From NCBI GenBank assembly GCA_963738405.1, contig CAVTWJ010000014.1, positions 1 through 64,000 on the forward strand: DNA of 64,000 nucleotides. The letters are read 5' to 3'. Positions within the stretch are counted from its first letter, which is position 1; each line of letters starts with the position of its first letter. A program made the position numbers and the translations under genes. The notes below the pieces were generated by a model. It searched no databases. It was not told the origin of the DNA and saw nothing but the letters and a program-made list of their open reading frames with translations. Positions 1 to 10,725 of this stretch are shown here, piece after piece. Source of the DNA: a candidate division FCPU426 bacterium (GTDB lineage Bacteria; Oederibacteriota; Muellerivitia; Muellerivitales; Muellerivitaceae).

Positions 1-2605
1 CCGGGAACAGGAACCTTTTGCCGTCAGCGGAGACGTCCCAGCCGTCCGCGTTCGGCGGGCCTTTGAACAATGCCGCGGGCGTCCCGGGCTGGAATCCATC
101 AACGCTTGCGGACACTGGCACTGCCATTAAGTTGCCGTCTGGAGCGAGGTAGAACAACTCCTTGCTGTCACCGCGCCAACGCGGCTGGGTTCCGCCGCCT
201 TGCGAGACCGTCCATTTTCCGCCGCCGTTGGCCGCCGGGAACGGCCGCACGTAGATCTCGTTTCTTCCGGACTCGTCCGATTGATACGCGACCCAGTTGC
301 CATCGGGAGAGAATTTTGCATTTTGCTCGTCGAAATCGGTGCGCAGAAACGGAACCGGCTTGCGACCGCCCTGCTTGCCCGATGACGCCCCGTCCATCGG
401 CAGCACCCACAAGTCGCCTTTGGTCTTTGGATCGACATCGTAATACAGCAGGAAGCGTCCGTCGCGAGACCAGTCCTCTACGAACTTGACGTGATCCGAC
501 TTGAACAGCAACTGGTCCTGACCCGCGCCGTTCGACGCATTTTGGTACAGGTCGAACTGGCCGGCACGATCCGATGAAAACGCAATGCGATTGCCGTCCG
601 GAGACCAGACGGGGTTCAGGTCTGAGGCCGGGTTGAAGGTGAAGCGCGTATCGCTCGCTCGGGAAAATGCCGTCACCCAGATGTCAAAGTTGTTCCCATC
701 AGTTCGCGCGGCGGCGACCCGCGTCCCGTCCGGCGAAAGCGCCAGTGATGCCGGCCCCCTGTAGTTGTGGGCGGTGCCCACCACGCCTAGACCTTTGCCC
801 TGCCGATCGAACCAGCCGAGCTGATTGGTTCCGCCGCTCGCGCCATCTCGATAGGCGAGGATTCCATTATCCGAGGCGGCAAAGTATCCAAACCCAATGT
901 AGCTGCCCAACTGTTCGGCCAGCGGTACGGCTTCACCGGTGGTCTCCAGGCGGCGAAGATCGAAGGGCTGCGCCAGCAGTGTTCCGCCGCTTTGGAAAAG
1001 GATCGCGCCTCCCTTGCCGTCCGGGAAAGGAACGAAGCCAGGGCTAAACCCGGCAGCCATTAGCCGCTTGGGCTCTTGTTGATCCGGCTTGGAATCGAGA
1101 GCCCCGAGGTACACGCCACTGTTCTCTGAGGCTGCCGATCGGACCAGGTATAGGAAATGCCGCCCGTCGGGCAGGAAAACTGGAAACAGGTGAAGCCTGT
1201 CGTTGCGCGCCGCATTCGTAGCGGTCACCGGCGAAGGCGCGCCACCGGCGGAAGAAACCCGCTGGATGCCTGCGCCATTGTTAAGTCCGAATACGATGAC
1301 GCCATCGCGATTCCAGGAGCCGCCTACGACCGTCGCGGGCACGTCGCAGAGAGTCTGTAGGGGGCCGCCAGCCAGATCCACCTTCTTGAGTTTCCCTCCC
1401 GTGTCAAACGCAATGAACCGGCTGTCCGGCGACCAGAATAGGGGCACGTTCAGCATTTCAACGCCGGCCAGCGCGTGGGATTCGAGACTGTCCATCGTCC
1501 GCACCCACAGGCGCGACACACCGTCCGAACCGAAACCAACATAGGCAAGCTTGGTTCCATCGGGCGATATCGAGAAAATACCGGCGGGTATGACGCCCGG
1601 AGGCGGCGCGATTTGGAAGCGCACCGGCTTCGGCAGCTCCGGGGCCGCTCGCCAGGGCATCCATAGCGCGACGGCTGTCGTGATCGCCAGCGTCCCCGCT
1701 ACCACCCATGCCCATCGCGATGGACTGCGGGATTCAGTCGGCGGGCTTTGAATCGCGCCCTTCGGGTTTGCTAGACAATTTTGGATCGTCACCCGAGCTT
1801 CACCGATGTCACGCAGTCGGGTTTTGACGTCCCGATCCAAGCAGCGCTTCAACAACTCAGCGATCGGCGAGTGCGTGGCAGCGGGGAGACTTGCGAAATC
1901 GATGGGCGCTCGGAGCACGTCGGCCAGCGTGTGAGAAATCGTCTCGGCGCTGAAGAGCTGCGCGCCGGTGATCATCTCCCACAACACCACGCCGAAGCTC
2001 CAAATGTCGCTGCGCTTGTCGACCACTTTGCCCGCGGCTTGCTCGGGGCTCATGTAGGCCGCGGTTCCCATGATCATGCCCCCCTGAGTGGCGGCCATGG
2101 TCGTGGTCGGTGAGTTGGTTGGATCGCTTCCACCTTCGCGACTCGGAATCGAGGCGAGGCCGAAGTCGAGCACCTTTACCACGCCCTCGGGCGTAATCAT
2201 GATGTTGGCCGGTTTCAGATCGCGATGCGTGACGCCTTTTTCGTGCGCGGCTTCCAGCGCGTCCGCGATTTGCTTGGCGTAGTTGAGAGCGGTCTCCAGA
2301 GGGAGCGGTCCTTTGAGAGGCCCACCGGGGACCAACTCCATCGCCAATGCACGAATACCATCTGATTCTTCGAACCCGTAAATCTGGGCGATGTTCGGAT
2401 GGTTTAGTGCCGCAAGAACCCTTGCTTCGCGTTCGAAGCGTGCCAGCCGCTCGGGGTCTTGCGCGAAGGCGGCGGGGAGAACCTTTATCGCGACTTCGCG
2501 GTCCAGCTTCCTATCGCACGCTTTGTAGACTTCACCCATGCCTCCAGCGCCGATCGGAGCGACGATCTCGTACGGGCCCAGACGAGTCCTCGCAGCGAGA
2601 GCCAT
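1..2605 (-). CDS. Hanks-type Ser/Thr protein kinase with C-terminal PD40/WD40-like beta-propeller (3' end outside window)
   Basis: Not in the ORF track. Manual translation from ATG 2605 gives MALAARTRLGPYEIVAPIGAGGMGEVYKA..VAIKVL..HRDLKPANIMITPEGVVKVLDFGLA, later SPDG-type repeats. This architecture is common in Acidobacteriota. Confidence 0.93.
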   Translation of the reverse strand, partial: MALAARTRLGPYEIVAPIGAGGMGEVYKACDRKLDREVAIKVLPAAFAQDPERLARFEREARVLAALNHPNIAQIYGFEESDGIRALAMELVPGGPLKGPLPLETALNYAKQIADALEAAHEKGVTHRDLKPANIMITPEGVVKVLDFGLASIPSREGGSDPTNSPTTTMAATQGGMIMGTAAYMSPEQAAGKVVDKRSDIWSFGVVLWEMITGAQLFSAETISHTLADVLRAPIDFASLPAATHSPIAELLKRCLDRDVKTRLRDIGEARVTIQNCLANPKGAIQSPPTESRSPSRWAWVVAGTLAITTAVALWMPWRAAPELPKPVRFQIAPPPGVIPAGIFSISPDGTKLAYVGFGSDGVSRLWVRTMDSLESHALAGVEMLNVPLFWSPDSRFIAFDTGGKLKKVDLAGGPLQTLCDVPATVVGGSWNRDGVIVFGLNNGAGIQRVSSAGGAPSPVTATNAARNDRLHLFPVFLPDGRHFLYLVRSAASENSGVYLGALDSKPDQQEPKRLMAAGFSPGFVPFPDGKGGAILFQSGGTLLAQPFDLRRLETTGEAVPLAEQLGSYIGFGYFAASDNGILAYRDGASGGTNQLGWFDRQGKGLGVVGTAHNYRGPASLALSPDGTRVAAARTDGNNFDIWVTAFSRASDTRFTFNPASDLNPVWSPDGNRIAFSSDRAGQFDLYQNASNGAGQDQLLFKSDHVKFVEDWSRDGRFLLYYDVDPKTKGDLWVLPMDGASSGKQGGRKPVPFLRTDFDEQNAKFSPDGNWVAYQSDESGRNEIYVRPFPAANGGGKWTVSQGGGTQPRWRGDSKELFYLAPDGNLMAVPVSASVDGFQPGTPAALFKGPPNADGWDVSADGKRFLFP

Positions 2606-2874
2606 ATAGATCTGAGCGATTCTACCCTACCGGAGTATGCGGGATATAGTAAGTCCTGGATTACGGGCAAACAGGAAGTAATCCTTGGGAGTGGTGGTTG
2701 GCACTGATGAATGAATTTGGCTTCTGTGACGGCAAACGGGTTTCCCTCTAGGCAATCAACCGCTAGTTCGAAGATTGCTTGGTACTTCCCGTAACAAGCA
2801 AAGTAAGTTCGGTCTTCCCGAAAAGTCAAATTAGAAAAATCGTCCAAAATGAGGTGCTGCGGGCCTATCCTGGA

Positions 2875-3846
2875 TTACGACTGGACAGGTCCCGGCATTT
2901 GACGACCGGAAGAGTCGTGCGTTCCAACGGCTACACTACGCAGGACCGGAGTGCCGAGCTCCCTGGCGAAAAAACTCTTAAGAAACGCAGAGAATTCGTC
3001 GGCTCCGGGTGGGAGCTTCTTTCCTCGATTGCTAATCTGATGAAACTCCACTTCTACGACAGGATTGATCAGACGACTCGTCGCTACTTTTCGGTTCCGG
3101 CACGCTGGCAATCCGAATGAAGGGATAATGGCTATGCCTTCATCGGCCTCCACCATGGCAATTTGCGTATCCAGAAGGTTGATCGACAAACTCTGCCGGG
3201 ATACGACACCTGCTTGGGCCAGATGCTTGTCTACAATCTGCTGTATCGGGCTAAACGATCGCAGCGAGATTAGCTTCTCACCCTTCAAAGCGGACCACGT
3301 GGTGGATGCTCGACGAAATGCGGGATTCCTGTCCGGGCGGATCACCATCAGAGGAGAACGAAAGAATGGGGTGCGCCTGATACCTGGCGTCCGGGCGAAG
3401 ATGCCAAGACCAATGTCTAGCTTGCCGGCGAGGACAAGTTGTAGGATGGCAGGCGATCTTTCGTCGAACAACTGAATCCGAAGATCGGGCCGGTGACCGC
3501 GGAATTCCTTGATCGCGTGGGTGACGATATTGGCTGCGATCAAGGGCGGCGCACCCAAAGTCAAAGACTGGCTGGCTTGGGTCGCGGAGCGTCCGATACG
3601 CGACACCGCGGCGTCGATTTCGGCCACGCTCTTCTGGGCAACTGCCAGTAATTCGGTTCCGTGGGCAGTGGGCACGACATGCCGCGTAGTGCGGTCGAAC
3701 AACCGGAAGCCCAGCTGCAACTCCAGTTCTCTTATCAAAACGCTTAATCCGGACGGAGTAATGTAGAGGACCTCGGCCGCCCGCGAGAAGCTCCGGTGTT
3801 GCGCCACGAGCAGGAAGGCGCGAAGTTGTCGGGAGGTAAAATCCAT
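2875..3846 (-). CDS. LysR-family transcriptional regulator
   Basis: MDFTSRQLRAFLLVAQHRSFSRAAEVLYITPSGLSVLIRELELQLGFRLFDRTTR is a LysR HTH; start trimmed to ATG 3846; divergent from the MFS gene. Confidence 0.93.
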   Translation of the reverse strand: MDFTSRQLRAFLLVAQHRSFSRAAEVLYITPSGLSVLIRELELQLGFRLFDRTTRHVVPTAHGTELLAVAQKSVAEIDAAVSRIGRSATQASQSLTLGAPPLIAANIVTHAIKEFRGHRPDLRIQLFDERSPAILQLVLAGKLDIGLGIFARTPGIRRTPFFRSPLMVIRPDRNPAFRRASTTWSALKGEKLISLRSFSPIQQIVDKHLAQAGVVSRQSLSINLLDTQIAMVEADEGIAIIPSFGLPACRNRKVATSRLINPVVEVEFHQISNRGKKLPPGADEFSAFLKSFFARELGTPVLRSVAVGTHDSSGRQMPGPVQS

Positions 3847-3976
3847 TCGTGAGTATTCCTCACTAATTGTCAAATTATTTTGACTTGTATCATAAACCGT
3901 TCCGGCCTTAAATAGCAGCGCAGTGGAGGTTTTTCTGAAAGCCTCAGGACGCACACGGCTCATAGCGAGTTCCGGA

Positions 3977-5320
3977 ATGGACGGCGCCGAAGGGATGGCC
4001 GCTCCATCCAGGTTGACGCCGATTCAGTGGCTCATCTGCGGCGTCGCTTGCCTTGGATTCGCATTCGATTTGTACGAAAGTTTGATGCTGCCCCTGATCG
4101 TGCGCCCCGCACTCACAGCTCTGGGACATCTGAAGCCCGGGACGCCCGAGTTTAACTTGTGGGTAGGGTTGCTGTTCTATGTTCCGAATATGGCAGGCGG
4201 CTTGTTTGGGTTGCTCGGAGGATACCTCACCGATCTTTTCGGCCGAAAGCGCATTCTCCTTTGGAGCATTCTGCTCTACAGCTTCTCCGCATGTGCCGCG
4301 AGCTTTTCCACCTCCTTGACACAATTGCTGGTACTGCGGTGTACGACGATGATTGGCGTCTGCGTAGAATTCGTGGCTGCAATTACCTGGATCGCAGAGC
4401 TCTTTCCAAACCCCAAGCGTCGAGAGTCCGTCTTGGGCTACACGCAAGGGTTTCATGCGGTGGGTGGGCTCATGGTAGCCGGAGCCTACTACCTGGCAGT
4501 GACCTACGCAGAAACATTGCCGACGATTCAGGGAGGTCACGAGGCATGGCGCTACACGTTGCTTTCCGGCTTAATTCCCGCGATTCCACTTCTTTTCATC
4601 CGGCCTTTTCTCCCCGAATCGCCGTTGTGGCAGAAAAAGAAATCGAAGAATGACCTGCAGCGCCCCTCTCTCAGGGAGCTGTTCCGGCCCGCCCTGAGAA
4701 AGACCACACTCGTTGCGACGCTATTGTTCGCTTGCAGTTACTTTCTGTCGGTCGGAGCTCTTCAGCAAACGGTTCGCATGATTCCAGGGCTGGCTGAGGT
4801 GGCGAAGCTGGCGCCACGCCAGATCGAGCAGGCGGCCAGTGGAGTGCAATTGTTTCAAGAGTTAGGCGGTTTGACGGGCCGCATACTTTTTGCACTATTC
4901 GTCGTTCGGATCGTTTCGCAGCGCCGCCGGTTGCGCCTTCTGCTCGGACCGGCCGTGTTCGTTTATGCGTGGCTCTATTTTTTCGCGGCAACACGAAGCC
5001 TGGCATTTGTCCATGTTGGGATTTTTCTCGCCACCATGCTTTTCAACGGACTACACAGTTTTTGGGGGAACTATTTGCCCAGAGTCTATCCGACGCGTTT
5101 ACGAGGCACTGGCGAGAGTTTCGCGGCAAACATCGGGGGCAGAGTGATCGGGGTTTCTGCCGTTTTCATCACGACAACCCTTTCCAACGTAATGCCGGGA
5201 AGTGGTCCTGCCGCAAGCTTGGCGTACTCCGCTGGATTCGTAAGTCTATTCGGGCTACTTGCCGCACTGGTTGGCAGTTTGTGGCTGCAAGAGCCCGCCG
5301 GACTGCAACTCCCCGACTGA
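3977..5320 (+). CDS. MFS transporter
   Basis: About 12 hydrophobic segments, motif A GYLTDLFGRK, ELFP..R, PESP and YPTRLRGTG motifs; start uncertain (3977 or 3995). Confidence 0.9.
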   Translation: MDGAEGMAAPSRLTPIQWLICGVACLGFAFDLYESLMLPLIVRPALTALGHLKPGTPEFNLWVGLLFYVPNMAGGLFGLLGGYLTDLFGRKRILLWSILLYSFSACAASFSTSLTQLLVLRCTTMIGVCVEFVAAITWIAELFPNPKRRESVLGYTQGFHAVGGLMVAGAYYLAVTYAETLPTIQGGHEAWRYTLLSGLIPAIPLLFIRPFLPESPLWQKKKSKNDLQRPSLRELFRPALRKTTLVATLLFACSYFLSVGALQQTVRMIPGLAEVAKLAPRQIEQAASGVQLFQELGGLTGRILFALFVVRIVSQRRRLRLLLGPAVFVYAWLYFFAATRSLAFVHVGIFLATMLFNGLHSFWGNYLPRVYPTRLRGTGESFAANIGGRVIGVSAVFITTTLSNVMPGSGPAASLAYSAGFVSLFGLLAALVGSLWLQEPAGLQLPD

Positions 5321-5377
5321 GTTTCGCACCAACGTCGCCAATGATCCAACGCGTCGACGAAATTACAAGGAGGCGCT

Positions 5378-6205
5378 ATGCCAATTTACGAAGGTTCTGA
5401 TTCCCATCGCTCTGCTGGTTTCACCTACTCTCTAGATAACTCGAGTAGGGAAGCACCCGCGCGATTCGATGCTTTGTCGGGCATGTTTGATCGCGGCACA
5501 ATCCTCCATTTGGAGGACCGCGGCGTAAGCGAGTCCTGGCGGTGCCTGGAGGTCGGGGGAGGTGGAGGCTCGATCACTGCGTGGCTCGCGAATCGAGTGG
5601 GACCCACGGGACACGTCCTCGTTACGGACGTCGATCCGAGGTTTCTGGAGCCCTTGTCGGCGCAAAACGTCGAGGTGCGAAAGCACAATATTGTTACTGA
5701 CCCATTGCCAAACGCAACTTTTGATCTCATTCATGCCCGGCTGGTATTGATACACCTTCCGGAACGAGAACAAGTGCTGGCGCGTTTGGTGTCGGCCTTG
5801 AAGCCAGGAGGTTGGCTTGTGGATGAGGATCTTGATTCCGTCTCTCTGCTTCCTGATCCAAGTGTGAGTCCTGGCGAGGTCATTCTGAAAACTCAAATGG
5901 CCGTAATGCAGCTGTTGAAAGAACGCGGCGTTGAACGACGGTTTGGGCGACTGCTCTATGGTCGCCTGCGGGCACATGGCCTTGTCGAAGTTGGCGCGGA
6001 GGGGCGGCTGTTCATGTCGCGGAGCGGGTCAGCAGGCGTCTCCCTCATGAGAGCGAATTTCGAGCAGCTTCGCGGAGCTTTGCTTGATGCCCGTTATATT
6101 ACCGAGCAAGAGTTCGCTCAGGACAGCGCGCACTTGGACGATCCCGATTTCATGGCGCCGTCCCCCATCATGTGGACGGCGTGGGGACGCCGGCCATCGG
6201 CGTGA
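5378..6205 (+). CDS. Class I SAM-dependent methyltransferase
   Basis: CLEVGGGGGS motif I, FDLIHARLVLIHL, LKPGGWL; SD AGGAGG upstream. Confidence 0.92.
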   Translation: MPIYEGSDSHRSAGFTYSLDNSSREAPARFDALSGMFDRGTILHLEDRGVSESWRCLEVGGGGGSITAWLANRVGPTGHVLVTDVDPRFLEPLSAQNVEVRKHNIVTDPLPNATFDLIHARLVLIHLPEREQVLARLVSALKPGGWLVDEDLDSVSLLPDPSVSPGEVILKTQMAVMQLLKERGVERRFGRLLYGRLRAHGLVEVGAEGRLFMSRSGSAGVSLMRANFEQLRGALLDARYITEQEFAQDSAHLDDPDFMAPSPIMWTAWGRRPSA

Positions 6206-6449
6206 CGGCCGCTCACTTCTGACCAATTCGAATTCAGCAAACCCCGCAAGTACGCACAACTCGACCTAACTTCGGGTTAGCCGGCGTCCGGCAGTAACGC
6301 CATGTCAGTCACGAGATACGGCTTGTCGGAAGCGAATTGAACAGCTCCTTGGATCACGGACAACCCAGAAGTGATCCTGCGTACCGCCTGTAAAGTCTTA
6401 GTGACGCAAGCTGGGTCTTCGCGGCTTCGAACCGCGTCAACCCATTACT

Positions 6450-6773
6450 ATGTCTCTCGGGGAAACCAAGGAGCCTATTGATCTAGGTACACCCGAATAC
6501 CTTCCGCTCGCTTCGCACACCTTGGTTCTGCGTACCCGACGGGAAGTCCGGGAGGAGCTAGAACGATTTAAAGCGCGCCGCTCGCTCTTACGTCGAACGT
6601 TACTTCCCTCTTTATTATGTATGGGGATCGGCCTTCTCATAATGTTCCAACCTGAATTTGCAAAGTCCTGGATCTGTAAGCTCGCGTCGCTTTACTACTG
6701 GGCGCTCGCGGTGCTTATACCTTGGCTGGTTGTACGCAAAGAAAAGAAGCACACCAGCCGGCAATTGCTCTAA
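6450..6773 (+). CDS. Small hypothetical membrane protein (2 TM)
   Basis: 107-aa ORF with a basic helix followed by two hydrophobic segments; no recognised motif. Confidence 0.45.
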   Translation: MSLGETKEPIDLGTPEYLPLASHTLVLRTRREVREELERFKARRSLLRRTLLPSLLCMGIGLLIMFQPEFAKSWICKLASLYYWALAVLIPWLVVRKEKKHTSRQLL

Positions 6774-7109
6774 CTGACAATAGCGCGTCTGATCAAAGGC
6801 GGCCGACACAGGCATACGCCTGCCGATTTCCTTGAGCAAGGCTCGCACGATGGCGGTTAGGAACGGGGGGTTGTTCGCGGACGAGCGTGATGTTCCCGTG
6901 AAGTCGCGATTTTGGTACCTTCCCCCAACCGGGATGGGAGTGCCGGCAAGTCCCCGCCCGGGCGGCGCACCAAAGCAACTTACCGAAATCCTAACGTTTC
7001 ACGGGAACTCCGCTTCAACGGTCGGAAAGCCACGTGTCCGAAAAGCCGACCACACGGCCATCTGGGATGCGCTCATTGAGAATCAATCGTTCTCGGCGAA
7101 AATCCTACT

Positions 7110-7159
7110 CCTTGACATCCGACAGGAATGGTGCGCAATATTGTTGTCGTATATCAAGG
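7110..7159 (+). promoter_or_regulatory. padR promoter with paired inverted operator-like sites
   Basis: TTGACA at 7112-7117. CCTTGACATCCGACAG (7110-7125) and TTGTCGTATATCAAGG (7144-7159) are inverted copies, 13/16 identical, directly upstream of padR. Confidence 0.55.
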
Positions 7160-7166
7160 GGAACAA

Positions 7167-7508
7167 ATGCCAACGCCAACGGACCTGTTGCAAGGGACGC
7201 TCGATCTTCTCATTCTCCAAACGCTTGCCTTGGAACCAATGCATGGCTGGGGAGTAGCCGAGCGCATTCAGCAAATCTCCAAAGATGTACTCCAGATCGG
7301 TCAGGGGTCACTCTATCCTGCATTGCATCGGCTGGAATACAAGGGATGGATCAAATCGGATTGGGGGAATTCAGAGAACAATCGACGGGCGAAGTTCTAT
7401 CGGTTGACGGCTGCTGGTCGGAGGCAGCTGGAGACGGAACTCGCCACCTGGGATCGGCTGTCGTCTGCGATTATGCTGGTTTTGGGCCGCGCAGTGGAGG
7501 CCTCATGA
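7167..7508 (+). CDS. PadR-family transcriptional regulator (acidobacterial type)
   Basis: DLLQGTLDLLILQTL..MHGWG..GSLYPALHRLE..WGNSENNRRAKFYRLT; stop overlaps the next ATG (ATGA). Confidence 0.95.
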   Translation: MPTPTDLLQGTLDLLILQTLALEPMHGWGVAERIQQISKDVLQIGQGSLYPALHRLEYKGWIKSDWGNSENNRRAKFYRLTAAGRRQLETELATWDRLSSAIMLVLGRAVEAS

Positions 7509-10176
7509 TCACAGAATTCTTGACTCGCCTCCGGTTCCTTATTCTTCGCAAAAAGCCAAGCGAATTAGACGAAGAAATCGGTTTCCATATAGAGCAATCC
7601 ACCGCCGCAAAGCAGGCGGCAGGATTAATGCCTCGGAAGCACGCCGACAAGCAATGATCGAGTTAGGAGGAATGGAGCGCACGCGGGAACAATGCGACGA
7701 GCAGCGCCCTGGTTGGTGGATGGATTCTTTCGCTCGCGATCTGCGTTACGGTTTGCGGATGCTGCGCAAGTCTCCGGGGTTTACATCGGTGGTGGTGGTG
7801 ATGTTGGCCCTCGGTATCGGCGCGAATACAGCGGTATTCAGCGTAATGAACGCAGTACTAATGCAGTTGCTGCCGGTCGCACGGCCCCAGGGACTCTACT
7901 ACGTCCGCATGGCTAATGGAGAATCGAATCCGCCGGGCGCCAGTGACACGGGAGACGCGCATACCTCGTTTTCCGAAGTGACGTTTGAGGCGCTCCGGCA
8001 GCGGAGCGAGATCTTCGAGGACCTGATCGCGTATGTGCCGCTCAGCTTCAATGGCAGTGTCGCCGTGCGTCATGCAGAACTTCCCGAAGAGGCGGCAGGC
8101 GAAGAGGTCAGTGGCAACTTCTTCTCCGGCCTCAGCGCGCGGATCGAGGTAGGACGGGGGTTCACCCTGGACGATGAAAAGAGCCATGCGCCGGTCGTTG
8201 TCCTCAGTGATGACTATTGGACCAGGAGCTTCGCTCGCGACCCGGACATACTCGGCAAAACGGTCCACATCAAAGGCGTTCCTTTCACTGTCGTAGGTGT
8301 CACGGCTCGCGGCTTCAAGGGCATTGAGCCGGCGGTTGCGACTGACTTCTGGATTCCGTTGCAGAAGCGCGCCGAATTGACCGCTTGGGGCTTACCGGAC
8401 GATTCCCTCTACGGGACTCAAAGGTGGTGGAGCTTGCGGATGATGGCTCGCCTGCGTTCGGGGGTTGCGCCGATGCGCGCCCAGCGAGAGCTGTCCGGCA
8501 CCTTTGCCGCGGTGGTCAAGCAGACGATCGGCGACGTCGATCCTAAGGAATGGAAACCGCTGCTCGACTTCGCGCCGGCACGGGGCATTGGCGGATACAA
8601 CGAGGAATATCGCACGCCGGTAGAAATTCTGATGGGTTTGGTGGCATTGGTGTTGCTGATCGCCTGCACCAATGTAGCAATGATGTTGCAGGCACGTAAC
8701 TCCGTCCGGCAGCATGAGTTCAGTCTGCGCATGGCGATCGGCGCGAGCCACGCGAACATATTCCACCAATTACTGTGCGAGAGCCTGCTGCTCGTCGCTG
8801 CCGGTGCAGCGTTGGGATGGCTTTTTGCAGTTTCGGCAACACGAATGTTAGCGTCGTGGTCCGGTATCGAGACCGGTCTCAGTCCCGACCGTACCGTCCT
8901 GCTTTTCACCCTCCTTGTTTCGGTTCTAGCCGCGCTTGTTTTTGGACTGGTTCCCCTGTGGAGCGCTGTGCGCGCGCCGGTCGCAGGCGTTCTGCGGTCC
9001 ACTTCGCCCAACACCAGTGCAACGCGGAACCGCGTTGCTGCAGGACGTGCCTTGCTCTCTGCTCAAATTGCAGTGTGCCTGATACTACTGATGGCCGCGG
9101 GCCTGTTGCTGCGCACTTTGCGCAACTTCGCAACCCAGAATCTCGGCCTGCTGGCCAACGGCTTGCTGGTCTTCGGGACCACCCCGCAAGACAGCTCCGA
9201 CAGCCACCTTTTCTATCGCAGAGTGATCGACCACCTTGGGCAGCTGCCGGGCGTGAAATCCGTATCGATGGCAGAGAACCGCCCCGGTACCGGATGGAGT
9301 GACAACAATGAACTGACGCTTGATGGAGTCTTGCAGCAGGGGGCTCTGCTGCGCTCCAACGATGTCGGTGCCGGTTTCTTTCGAACAATGGGAATTCCTG
9401 TTGTTGCCGGCCGGGATGTCGCGGAATCGGACGTCGAAAAGTCTCAACCCATCGCGCTGGTGAATGAGACATTCGCCAAACGATTTTTGCCCAACACCAA
9501 CCCGCTGGGCCATGTGCTGGGGTCAGGCGAGGACAAGAGGACCATCGTGGGCGTGGTCAGTGACAGCAAGTACGAAGGGGTGGCTGAGAAACCAATGCCC
9601 ATGGCTTATTACGCGGCAATGCAGTTCTCCTCACTCGGCACCATGCATCTGGAAGTGCGTACCTACGGCGACGCCATGGCGACGCTGCCGGCGTTGCGCA
9701 AATCTGTCGCGGCTCTGTACCCCTCTGTGCCCCTTGAACGGCCGATGACACAGCAGGCGCAGTTTGAGAAATCCTACGAGCAGCAGCGCATGTTCGCGGC
9801 CTTAGGCGGCTTTTTCGGTGTGCTCGCGGCGCTGCTCGTAGCTACAGGCCTCTACGGCACGTATTCCTTCCGGGTGAGTCGGCGCCGGGCCGAAATTGGT
9901 TTGCGGATGGCTCTCGGCGCCACTCGCAGCCAGGTGCTGGCGATGATCATGCGTGAGAGCCTTTTGGTACTCGTGCTCGGCCTCGCCGCAGGCATTCCTC
10001 TTACCCTCCTCGCGATGCGTCCGCTCAAGTCTATGCTGTACGGAATTTCTCCATTCGATCCGGCAAGCTTCGGGCTGGCAATTGCAGCCTTGGCAGTGGT
10101 CTCAGGGTGCGCCGCTTTCGCCCCGGCACGCCGGGCTGCTTCCGTGGAACCCGTGCAAGCCTTGCGCACCGAATAA
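7505..10176 (+). CDS. Duplicated MacB/FtsX-type ABC permease (ADOP-like), frameshifted near 7627
   Basis: The N-terminal MITEFLTRLRFL..ELDEEIGFHIEQ segment (from 7505) continues after a one-base shift into NASEARRQAMIELGGMERTRE..DLRYGLRMLRKSPGF..LALGIGANTAVFS..PARRAASVEPVQALRTE. Confidence 0.9.
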
Positions 10177-10555
10177 CCAGCGACCGAAGCTTTTCGAGTT
10201 GATCAGCCTTGACCCTTCGCGCGCTCACGAAGACCCATTCGTCTTAAACACAAAGTAACCTCCGGAAGGGTACTTTGGTTAAAAAAAAACGTCACCGCGC
10301 CTGTATGAAATCCCACCCCGGGCATCTTGATAGAAAACGATTTCGGCAGGAGGCGGCTTCTCGGCGGACGCGCTCCTACGGACTACGCCCGAGCGAAGCA
10401 CAGTCTTACCGCTGTCCGGTGTCACACCCGATCCCTGTCAAAAATCCCTCAATCCAGCACCCGTCGCGGCAGGATTTTTTATTGCGTCCCAACTGTGCCT
10501 GCGCAGTAGATAACCTCTGCCGTCAACCGCGGTCGCCCAAAGAGCCGCTCTTCCT

Positions 10556-10620
10556 GGAAGGGCACGGGTTCACCCGTGCCGAAAAGCAAACCACAGCCGA
10601 GGGCTTTAGCCCCTGGGGTA
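10556..10620. repeat. REP-like double-hairpin element
   Basis: GGAAG-GGCACGGG-TTCA-CCCGTGCC followed by GGGC-TTTA-GCCC, intergenic; resembles palindromic repeats common in Acidobacteriota. Confidence 0.55.
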
Positions 10621-10725
10621 CGTTTTTGAAAGATTCAACCTCTACAGTATTGCCCCCGAAGACGAAGGCCAACTTTGTCCCACCTGCTCTCAACTTCCCA
10701 ACTTCCCGAAAAAACGGAGCAATCT

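Noticed and set aside
70..2649. Many + strand ORFs in the ORF track
   Set aside because: They are antisense shadows of the kinase gene on the minus strand.
2660..2750. GGGCAAAC/GGCAAAC motifs suggesting a c-di-GMP-I riboswitch
   Set aside because: The GAAA-loop stem, GACGCAAA and second stem are not in the required arrangement.
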